Assembly: GCA_963663545.1 (NCBI GenBank)
Contig: OY760505.1
Location: 1,856,001-1,920,000 of the forward strand
Direction: 5' to 3'
Length of the DNA: 64,000 nucleotides
DNA from: Candidatus Delongbacteria bacterium
Lineage (GTDB): Bacteria; CAIWAD01
The stretch's first letter is position 1; the number at the start of each line of letters is the position of its first letter. This document shows, in pieces, positions 36,509 to 44,764 of the stretch. The translations under genes and the position numbers were made by a program. The notes under the pieces are model-generated. The model saw only the letters and a program-made list of their open reading frames with translations. It was not told where the DNA came from and made no database searches.

Positions 36509-37459
36509 TCACACATGCGCTTCCGCCCTCGGCCAGAACAGCAGCCACAACCGCCGCAACCAGACCGCCAGCCCCGCCAGTACCAATCGCGGAACGATGA
36601 TCCACCAGGCGCTGACGCCAATAGCGACGAAGAGCAGCGTATCCTCCAGCAGGCTGTGAGAGATGGCGATGTGGTAATTGAGCAGATCGGCGTGCGCACG
36701 CGGCAGCTTACCCCGTGATACGTGCTCCATCAGCACGCCGCTACCATAGGCCAGTCCCAAGGTGTTGGCCACAATCCAGAGAAAGGCCGTGTCACCGGGA
36801 AGTCCGAAAAGCCGCAGCGGCAAGCGCATCCAGCGACCGAGGAACTGTGTCACGCCGTACTCCTCCAGCACGCGCTGCAGAATCATCAGGCCGGAAATGA
36901 GCACGATAATCTTCAGGCAAAGCGTGGCCATGCCCTGGCCCCAGGCCAGCAATCCGGGAATCCAGGCGATCGTATCCTGTGATACATGGGCAGCGACAGC
37001 AGTGCTTGCATCTGCCGGCAGCAACAGGTTGAGCGCCCAGGCCCCTACGAAGGCCGCTAAGAAGCGTGTTACAAGAATCGCCCGCACCGAGGAGCCCGTT
37101 TTGCGTTGCACGGTGGTTTCCACCAGCAGGTTGTGCGCCACTAGGCTCATCAGCGCCAGAATGGTAACAACACGTCCGCTCAAGCCCAGGGTTTCGATGA
37201 CCGCGATGGCGGAGTAGATGTTGAGCAGCCCGCCGGTCACGAAAACCAGTGCGGACTCGCCGGGTAAGCCCATCAGCGCAAAGAGCGGTTCAAAGAATGC
37301 GGCCACCAGCGTCAGCAAGCCGCTGAGCTTCATCAGCAGCACGGCAAAAGAAATGGGCACCGTGATGGAGAGCAGCCAGCGCGTAGTCTTCAACGCAGGT
37401 GGCCAGGCTTCGGTGATACATTTCCTCAGTCGCTGTGCGTGCGTGACACGTTCCGGCAT
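36509..37459 (-). CDS. Nucleoside-recognition (Gate) domain membrane protein
   Basis: PLFALMGLPGE, AHNLLVET, GLAYGSG, HSLLEDTLLF. Confidence 0.82.
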   Translation of the reverse strand: MPERVTHAQRLRKCITEAWPPALKTTRWLLSITVPISFAVLLMKLSGLLTLVAAFFEPLFALMGLPGESALVFVTGGLLNIYSAIAVIETLGLSGRVVTILALMSLVAHNLLVETTVQRKTGSSVRAILVTRFLAAFVGAWALNLLLPADASTAVAAHVSQDTIAWIPGLLAWGQGMATLCLKIIVLISGLMILQRVLEEYGVTQFLGRWMRLPLRLFGLPGDTAFLWIVANTLGLAYGSGVLMEHVSRGKLPRAHADLLNYHIAISHSLLEDTLLFVAIGVSAWWIIVPRLVLAGLAVWLRRLWLLFWPRAEAHV

Positions 37460-37476
37460 GCGCTCCTCAATTTTGC

Positions 37477-38454
37477 TCAACTGCGCGGTTTGGGCTCTTT
37501 GTGATACCCGCGCTCGCCCCAGGCCTGCAGCTTCTCGATCCACAGATTCTGCAGTTCACGCAATTCTTTGCGCAGGCTGCGGGCGGCCCTTTCTTCAGGC
37601 TTCAGCGTGTCCAGGATTTCGATGCTGAACATCGCCGCGCCCAATCTGCGAAAATCTGCCTGAAGTGCCGCCTCACGGTGTTCACCGCGCGCCAGCAGCG
37701 CCATCTGCATTTCCATCTGCCCAGGCAGGTTGCTGCCGATGCCCAGCCAGATCTTGCCATTGGCCTTGTTCGTGATACGAAACACACCGGCGGGCGGCGG
37801 ATTGTCCATGTACTCGCGCACCAGCTCGCGGCGGCTTTCCTTCTGTGGCGCGCGCTTCTCTTCGCGCGGCTGCAGTTCGTCCATCATCGATTTATGCTCC
37901 AGGGGTTGACGCAACCAGTAGATGCCATTGTCACGGGCCAGCACGTTTCCGCTGACCAGTTCGCGGCGTACGGTGCAGAAGTCATCGTGGCGGCGCGCTA
38001 TGAGCTCATTTACTTCCGCCTCGCTGTAGCTGCGGCCGAACTCGAAGGCCGTGGCCAGCTCCTCCAGAATGATCCAGCGCTTCTTGAGCTGCACCGGCAG
38101 CCGGTGAATGCGGCCCTCGCGCGTGAAGGATTTCAACACACGGTAGCGATGCGGGTCTACGGCCTGCTTTTCCGTTGCTGATTCGGCCTTCTCTTCCACC
38201 ACCAGCTCCCAGAGGTAGCGGTCCAGCGCGGCCCGTTGCGCGCGGTAGACGTGGTAGTACTGCTGCCGGTCCTTGCTGACCAGACCCGCCTGCTCCAGCT
38301 TGCGCAGATGGGCCGACGTCGTCGAGGGCGCCAGGCCAAAGCGCGTGGACAGCTCCTCCACGTAGGAATCCTTGTCCAGCAGCTCCCGCAGAATGCGCAG
38401 TCGCGTACCGTCCGCCAGCGCCGTCAGTGTGCGCAGTGCTTCGTCGTGTTGCAT
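37477..38454 (-). CDS. ArsR HTH - DUF2087 - GIY-YIG-like fusion
   Basis: ALADGTRLRIL..HLRKLEQAGLV; LPVQLKKR..YSEAEVNE..DFCTVRRELV; AGVFRITNKANGKIWLG..LQADF. Confidence 0.82.
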   Translation of the reverse strand: MQHDEALRTLTALADGTRLRILRELLDKDSYVEELSTRFGLAPSTTSAHLRKLEQAGLVSKDRQQYYHVYRAQRAALDRYLWELVVEEKAESATEKQAVDPHRYRVLKSFTREGRIHRLPVQLKKRWIILEELATAFEFGRSYSEAEVNELIARRHDDFCTVRRELVSGNVLARDNGIYWLRQPLEHKSMMDELQPREEKRAPQKESRRELVREYMDNPPPAGVFRITNKANGKIWLGIGSNLPGQMEMQMALLARGEHREAALQADFRRLGAAMFSIEILDTLKPEERAARSLRKELRELQNLWIEKLQAWGERGYHKEPKPRS

Positions 38455-38468
38455 CCTTGTCTCCAAAC

Positions 38469-38490
38469 TATTTCGGCGCACAACGAAATA
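38469..38490. promoter_or_regulatory. Palindromic putative operator upstream of the ArsR fusion
   Basis: TATTTCG-N8-CGAAATA lies just upstream of the RBS and ATG. Confidence 0.5.
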
Positions 38491-38792
38491 TATTCTCAGG
38501 AGGAAGGCAAATCTGATTCGGCAGATAGCGAATTATTTCGCGAACAGGTCCCCGTACTGAATTTTGTCAAGGTTGAAAGCTGTTGAACCAGATTCAGGAA
38601 GCTTCTACTTTGGTGGTCGACCATTCCCTTTTCCTGAGCGACCACACCCTGCTTCGACCCTCACTTGCTGGCCGCTCAGCCCGTACTATCAAACAGGTGG
38701 ACTGATTCATGTGATGTGTCCTAGGCGAAAGGCCATCGCTGGCAGCGTCGACAGATCATTTGACTCAGTCCACTACCAACGGAGGCCCCTGC

Positions 38793-39083
38793 ATGCTTCA
38801 CGAACCCGCCCAAGTATCTGGCAAGGACCCGGCAGCCGCGTTCAAAACGCGACTCGGCGTCTGTATGTTTTTCCTGTACGCCGTCGTGTACGCAGGATTC
38901 GTCTGGATCAATGTCGCCACCCCCAAAGCTATGGAGAGCATCGTATTCTCCGGCCTCAACCTGGCCGTCGTTTACGGCATCGGCCTGATTGTCTACGCCC
39001 TGCTGCTGGCACTGATCTATGAACGCTTGTGCTCTCTGCACGAGCAGAAGCTCAACAAGGACAACCGCGAGGGAGGCAACTGA
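38793..39083 (+). CDS. DUF485 (YjcH-like) small membrane protein
   Basis: Two TM segments, VYAGFV, GLNLAVVYGIGLI; stop overlaps the actP ATG (TGATG). Confidence 0.85.
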   Translation: MLHEPAQVSGKDPAAAFKTRLGVCMFFLYAVVYAGFVWINVATPKAMESIVFSGLNLAVVYGIGLIVYALLLALIYERLCSLHEQKLNKDNREGGN

Positions 39084-40987
39084 TGGCGATTCTGATCTTC
39101 ACCTTCTTCGTCCTTGGCGTTCTGGGACTGAGTTTTTGGCTGGCTGCGCGCACGAAAAGCGCCAGTGCGTACTACGCTGCGGGTGGCGCCATTCACTGGT
39201 CGGTCAACGGCATCGCTTTCGCTGGCGATTACCTGAGCGCCGCCTCCTTCCTGGGCATCTGCGGCATGATCGCGACCATGGGCTACGACGGCTTTCTCTA
39301 TTCCATCGGCTATCTGGCGGGCTGGATCGTCGCGCTCTTCATCGTGGCGGAGCCGATGAAGCGACTGGGCAAGTACACCTTTACCGACGCCCTGGACGCG
39401 AACTACGACAGTCGGGGCATCAAGCTGGCCGCCGCCATCAGCACGCTCATCGTCTCCATCTTCTACTTGATCCCGCAGATGGTCGGCGCGGGTGTGCTGG
39501 TGGAACCGCTTCTTGGCATTCCCCACTCCGCTGGTGTAGTCATGGTTGGCATTATTGTGATCACCATCGTGGCCACAGCTGGCATGACCTCGACCACCTA
39601 CGTGCAGTTCATCAAGGGTGCCATGCTGGTCATCTTCTCGCTGATCCTGGTGGGAAGCCTACTGGTACGCGGTTTGACCACTAAGCCGGACCAGGGCGGT
39701 CGCGTGCAGTATCACGAACTAGCTCAGCTAAACGCAGGAAGCGTAGGCACGGAGCTGGTACTGGCGGATCCCTCCTTCAGCGTGATACAACAAGTGGATG
39801 CCGGTGGAAGGGGCTTCGTTCAACTGGCCGGACCGCAAGGTCATAGTTGGTGGCTTCTCAAAGTGGACGGTGATCATCGCACGCTGGTCGAAACACAGTC
39901 CGAAGTCTGGACCTCCAGCGGCGAGTACCTGATCAACGGAGCACCGGCTTCTGCAGATAATCAGCTGCGCCAGGTGGGCGATCTGGTGGCGATTTGCGGA
40001 CAGAAGGGAACGACAGCGGAGACGGGTTCCCTGAATCCCGTGTCCTTCCTCGCTCGCATGTCGGATCCGAAAACCACCGTGAGACGCTGGTCCAAGGCGA
40101 CGCTGGATGCGGGCGGCGACAAGGTTACCGTGCATTACCCCGTGCTGACCCCGGGCAATCGCGTGATGCGTCCGGGACTGAAGTTCAAAGTGGAGGGCTC
40201 GCCGCTGCAGCGACTGGACTTTGTATCACTGATGCTGGCGCTCTTCTTTGGCACCGCCGCGCTCCCGCACATTCTGATCCGCTACTACACCGTGCCAAGC
40301 CCCATGGCCGCGCGCAAGAGCACCATTGTGGCCATCGCCGCCATCGGCCTGTTCTACGTGCTCACCTTGTACATGGGATTGGGAGCCATGGTGAGCAGCG
40401 TGGTGAATCCGCTGGACAACAACATGTCCGCGCCGCTGCTGGCCCGCTCCTTCGGTGATTTCCTGTTCGCCGTGATCTCGGCCATCGCCTTCTCCACCGT
40501 GCTGGGCACCGTCAGCGGATTGATCATCGCCGCATCCGGCGCTGTAGCACACGATTTGATGGATCGCTTCGGTCGCTTAAACATGACCGAGAAGGCCAAG
40601 GTCAAGGCGGGCAAGATCGCCGCCTTCTGTGTCGGCATTTTCGCCATTCTTCTGGGTATCCTTTTCAAAGGCATGAACGTGAGCTTCCTGGTGGGATGGG
40701 CCTTTGCCGTGGCCGCCTCGGCCAATCTACCGGCGATTCTGATGATGCTCTTCTGGAAGGGCACCACGGCCAAAGGTATCACCGCCTCCATTGTAGTGGG
40801 CATCATCAGCTCCGTGGGCCTGATTCTGCTCTCTCCCAGTATGTACGTGCGTTACGGTCTGGACCCGACCACCGCGCCGATGCCGCTGGACAACCCGGGT
40901 ATCATTTCCATTCCCCTGAGTCTACTGACGCTCGTAGTTGTATCACTGCTAAGTAAATCGTCAAAGCCTGCTCCTTCGAGACAATAA
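39083..40987 (+). CDS. actP: Cation/acetate symporter ActP (SSS family) with an extracytoplasmic insertion
   Basis: NGIAFAGDYLSAASFLGI, YLIPQMVGAG, GTAALPHILIRYYTVP, AFAVAASANLP. Confidence 0.9.
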   Translation: MAILIFTFFVLGVLGLSFWLAARTKSASAYYAAGGAIHWSVNGIAFAGDYLSAASFLGICGMIATMGYDGFLYSIGYLAGWIVALFIVAEPMKRLGKYTFTDALDANYDSRGIKLAAAISTLIVSIFYLIPQMVGAGVLVEPLLGIPHSAGVVMVGIIVITIVATAGMTSTTYVQFIKGAMLVIFSLILVGSLLVRGLTTKPDQGGRVQYHELAQLNAGSVGTELVLADPSFSVIQQVDAGGRGFVQLAGPQGHSWWLLKVDGDHRTLVETQSEVWTSSGEYLINGAPASADNQLRQVGDLVAICGQKGTTAETGSLNPVSFLARMSDPKTTVRRWSKATLDAGGDKVTVHYPVLTPGNRVMRPGLKFKVEGSPLQRLDFVSLMLALFFGTAALPHILIRYYTVPSPMAARKSTIVAIAAIGLFYVLTLYMGLGAMVSSVVNPLDNNMSAPLLARSFGDFLFAVISAIAFSTVLGTVSGLIIAASGAVAHDLMDRFGRLNMTEKAKVKAGKIAAFCVGIFAILLGILFKGMNVSFLVGWAFAVAASANLPAILMMLFWKGTTAKGITASIVVGIISSVGLILLSPSMYVRYGLDPTTAPMPLDNPGIISIPLSLLTLVVVSLLSKSSKPAPSRQ

Positions 40988-40996
40988 TCATGTATC

Positions 40997-41022
40997 ACGG
41001 GGGCCCGATGGCGGGTCCCCGT
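40997..41022 (+). terminator. GC-rich hairpin between actP and the downstream receptor gene
   Basis: ACGGGGGCCCG-ATGG-CGGGTCCCCGT; weak U tail. Confidence 0.45.
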
Positions 41023-41053
41023 CTTCAATTCCCTGTCGAGTGCGGAGATCCCG

Positions 41054-44000
41054 ATGAATGAGCAACGAGTACGTCGCATTGATCTTCACGTTCACAGCTC
41101 TTTCAGTGACGGCACGCTGTCGCCGGAACAGCTGGCTGCCGAGCTTGCAGCCTCGAGTTGCAGTCATGTATCACTGACGGATCACAACACCTCGGCGGGA
41201 TGGGAGCGCTTTCGCGAAGCCGCTGAACGAAACGGCCTGCACGCAATCTGGGGTACCGAGCTGGATGCTCATGCAAGTTGTGGACCGATCCACTTGCTGG
41301 CTTACGGATGTGATCCACACAATGGCGCAATGCAGCGAATGATGCGTGCCCTGCGTCATCCATGGGGTCCGTTTGCAACGACCACCGGGCGGCGCTCGGA
41401 GATCCGACGCATTGCACCAGGGACGGGAAGCGTTGAGGCGGGTAGTGCAATTCAGCGTGTGCATCACGCCGGTGGAAGCGTATTCCTGGCACATCCCCGC
41501 ACCATCAGTGGCGATTGGCAGCGACTGGAACAGGCAATTGTGGACCTTCAGGCGCTAGGCTTGGACGGCATTGAAGCACACTACAAGTCGTATGATCGTG
41601 ATACTCGGGCTCGTCTGTGCGAAATGGCAGCAAAACACGGCCTACTGATCAGTGCTGGCAGCGACTACCACGGCCCGGGTGTATCACTGGGAGCCCCTAC
41701 TCCAGGCTACGACACTCCGGAGACGGTCTGGCGGCCACTGGCAAACAGCTTGGGCGCAGGAGACAACCTGTCGATCCGTACTACAACCGGAACGGGATTG
41801 CCTCCGCGACGATTACGCAGATTTCTGTTGCACATCGGACTTCCCGCTGCTCTTGCGGGACTCCTCTTTGTTCTGACGCTCTTCTTCGTTTTTCTGCCCG
41901 CCATTGAAAAGCAGCTGCTGGAGCGCAAGAAAGAAACGATCCGAGAGCTAACGCGCACCGCCGCCAGTATTCTGCAGGAGTATCACAGCGAAGCCCTTGC
42001 TGGATTGATGAGCGTGGAGCAGGCACAGCGTGAGAGTGTCGAGCGCGTATCACGAATGCGCTATGGAGAAGAGGGCAAAGACTACTTTTGGATCACAGAC
42101 ACGCACCCCACAATGGTGATGCACCCCTATCGTAGCGACCTGAACGGCCAGGACCTGAGCCAGTTCCGCGACAAGGCGGGCAACCTGGTGTTCGTGACCT
42201 TTGTTGAGGCCGTGCGTGAGGATGATGCTGGTTATGTCAACTACTACTGGCAATGGAAGGACGACCCGGATCAAATTGTCCCGAAACTGAGCTACCTGCA
42301 GGCCTTTCGGCCCTGGGGCTGGGTTATCGGCACAGGCATCTACACCGAGGACCTAAAAGCGGAGATCACCGGGATCAAGAACCGCCTTGTGCTGGCAAGC
42401 CTCTTGATCAGTGCAGTGGTGGCCCTGCTGCTGCTTCGTGTGGCACAACAAAGCTACCTGCTTGAACGCCGTCGTGCACGCGCAGAGGAAGAGCTTTCCC
42501 TAAGCAACGAGAAGTATCGCACGCTAGTGGAAGCCTCCACAGAGGGAACCATGATGGTCCTCAACGGCGAGTGCGCATACGCCAATGCGCCTCTGGAGGA
42601 AATGCTTGGCTACGGGCCCGGTGAGATTGGCGGGCGCTGTATCACGGAGTTGTTTTGTTCTGAAAGCACTCTCGACCGTTCCGCCATTGAGCACGTTCAG
42701 GCGTTGCTGGCGCAGGACCCGGCGCCCTCCAGCTTCCGAGCTCGAATGTGTGCCAAGGACAATCCTCCGCTTGATGTCCTGCTGATGGTGACACCGGTTC
42801 AGTTTGAGAATACGCACGGGATGATTCTGATTGTTCGTGATACACGCAGTCACCTGCAGGTTGAAGATGCACTGGCACGCTCGCGCGATCATTACCGCAA
42901 ACTCACTCAGCGAATGCCCCTGGGCGTCTTCCGCAGCCTTTGGCATGAGAACCACACAACGTTGATCGAGGCAAATACGGCGATGCTCGGGTTATTGGGG
43001 GCCTCGCCGGAGAGCGATCTTCGATCTTTGGACTGGCTTGAGATGATTGCAGAAGACACGCAGCGCAGGCGAGTGTACGACACCTTGTCTCACAAGGAAT
43101 CCGTTGAGCAGGAAAGCCTGACATTGCGCAGAGAGGACGGCACCCTTGTAGACGTTCGTCTGTTTGCGGTTCTCGTTCAGGAGGAAGATCGCTGTTTGTG
43201 TGACGGCATCCTGGAAGACATTACTCAACGCACACGTCAGGACGCCGGACGGGACGCACTCATCACACAACTGCAGACATCCCTGTTCTTTTTGCAGGAA
43301 CCTGTATCACGTGTAATGCGCGATGCGCCAACGCTATCACTGAATGAATCTGTACTTACTGCTCTTTCTCTGTTGACCAGAACATCCAGCCCGGCTTTGT
43401 TTGTTACAGACGACAAAATGCATGTGCTGGGGGTTATCACAAATCAGGATCTGTGTACGCGAGTTCTCAAGGTTGGCGCCGACAGCAGTCTACCATTGCG
43501 CAAAGCGATGAGTGCACCCGTGTGCAGTCTTTCTCCACATGCGCTGGTCAGTGAAGCGCTGACGCAGATGGAGGAGTACGACATCAGCCAGCTCGCCGTT
43601 GTTAACGAAGACGATCGACTGTTGGGCACGGTCCACATGAAGGACCTGGTACGCTTCCGGCAGACAAGCACGATTGTCCAGGCCGGCCGCATTGCCAAGG
43701 CGCAGAGTGCGAGCGAGTTGCATGATGTAGTAGAGGAGTTGCCACAGCTGGTGCAGGCCATGCTCAGTTCCGGTGTACGTGTCCGGCCCCTTTGCCGCAT
43801 TATTAGCAACACCGCTGACAAGGTCGCCGCTCGCCTGCTGACGCTGGCTCAGAACAAGCTTGGTCCTGCGCCCTGCCCCTTTGCACTGGTGGCAATGGGT
43901 AGCCAGGCTCGACAAGAACAAACGCTTCTGACGGATCAGGATACCGGGCTGATCTACGCCAAACCGCCACGGGAGCTGATGGACGCCTGGTCAGCGTATT

Positions 44001-44710
44001 TCCTTCGTCTAGGGAGTTATGTGACACAAGGGCTGGTGCAAGCAGGCTATCCCGAGTGTCCTGGCGGAGTCATGGCTTCCCGCACGATGTGGAATCAGTG
44101 CATTGATGATTGGATCACCGCCTTCGGGATGCGGATTCAGCACTCCAGTGCAGAGGACCTACTCGACTTCAACATCTCCTTCGATCTGCGATGTATCACC
44201 GGCGACCGCATTCTTGTGCAACAACTCAAGGACGCTGTTTTCGAAATGGTGGAGCCCAATCCTTCTTTCCTGCTGCACATGGCGCGAAATGCAAGTCTGA
44301 GCAAGCCACCAATTGGCGTTCGCGGCAACATTGTGACACACAGCAACAGCAAAGGAGAGAAGTGCATCAGCCTGAAAGAAGCACTGCTTCCTGTTGTGAA
44401 CTATGGTCGCCTCTATGCGCTGAAGCACTGCATTCAAGACACGCATACACTGGATCGTCTGGGCGAGTTGCAACGACTGGGTGGACTTAGTTCTTCTGGC
44501 TACGAAGAGCTGCAAGTAGACTATGAAGCGATTATGCACATGCGCCTTCGCCGCCAAGTGGACGCCCTGTTTTCAGGAAGAGCACCGGGCAACGACATCG
44601 GACCGGAGGATTGGACCGACTACGAAGAGAGTATGCTGAAACGTCTTTTCGGGCTCCATGGAGATTTGCGCAAAAAGATCGGCTATGATTTTCTAGGCGG
44701 TATGGTATAA
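41054..44710 (+). CDS. PHP - TM - sCache_2 - TM - PAS - PAS - CBS pair - DUF294 nucleotidyltransferase - DUF294_C
   Basis: DLHVHSSFSDG, TDH, AHP, GIE, GSDYHG; YFWI..MVMHP..WGWVIGTGIY; two PAS-like segments; CBS; MGSQARQEQTLLTDQD; FDLRCITGD; LKEALLPVVNYGRLYAL. Confidence 0.88.
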   Translation: MNEQRVRRIDLHVHSSFSDGTLSPEQLAAELAASSCSHVSLTDHNTSAGWERFREAAERNGLHAIWGTELDAHASCGPIHLLAYGCDPHNGAMQRMMRALRHPWGPFATTTGRRSEIRRIAPGTGSVEAGSAIQRVHHAGGSVFLAHPRTISGDWQRLEQAIVDLQALGLDGIEAHYKSYDRDTRARLCEMAAKHGLLISAGSDYHGPGVSLGAPTPGYDTPETVWRPLANSLGAGDNLSIRTTTGTGLPPRRLRRFLLHIGLPAALAGLLFVLTLFFVFLPAIEKQLLERKKETIRELTRTAASILQEYHSEALAGLMSVEQAQRESVERVSRMRYGEEGKDYFWITDTHPTMVMHPYRSDLNGQDLSQFRDKAGNLVFVTFVEAVREDDAGYVNYYWQWKDDPDQIVPKLSYLQAFRPWGWVIGTGIYTEDLKAEITGIKNRLVLASLLISAVVALLLLRVAQQSYLLERRRARAEEELSLSNEKYRTLVEASTEGTMMVLNGECAYANAPLEEMLGYGPGEIGGRCITELFCSESTLDRSAIEHVQALLAQDPAPSSFRARMCAKDNPPLDVLLMVTPVQFENTHGMILIVRDTRSHLQVEDALARSRDHYRKLTQRMPLGVFRSLWHENHTTLIEANTAMLGLLGASPESDLRSLDWLEMIAEDTQRRRVYDTLSHKESVEQESLTLRREDGTLVDVRLFAVLVQEEDRCLCDGILEDITQRTRQDAGRDALITQLQTSLFFLQEPVSRVMRDAPTLSLNESVLTALSLLTRTSSPALFVTDDKMHVLGVITNQDLCTRVLKVGADSSLPLRKAMSAPVCSLSPHALVSEALTQMEEYDISQLAVVNEDDRLLGTVHMKDLVRFRQTSTIVQAGRIAKAQSASELHDVVEELPQLVQAMLSSGVRVRPLCRIISNTADKVAARLLTLAQNKLGPAPCPFALVAMGSQARQEQTLLTDQDTGLIYAKPPRELMDAWSAYFLRLGSYVTQGLVQAGYPECPGGVMASRTMWNQCIDDWITAFGMRIQHSSAEDLLDFNISFDLRCITGDRILVQQLKDAVFEMVEPNPSFLLHMARNASLSKPPIGVRGNIVTHSNSKGEKCISLKEALLPVVNYGRLYALKHCIQDTHTLDRLGELQRLGGLSSSGYEELQVDYEAIMHMRLRRQVDALFSGRAPGNDIGPEDWTDYEESMLKRLFGLHGDLRKKIGYDFLGGMV

Positions 44711-44712
44711 AA

Positions 44713-44742
44713 TGGCCGCCCCGACATGTCGTAGGGGCGGCT
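44713..44742. terminator. Hairpin between convergent genes
   Basis: GCCGCCCC-GACATGTCGTA-GGGGCGGC. Confidence 0.6.
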
Positions 44743-44764
44743 CGAAAGTCCACTTTACGGTGTG

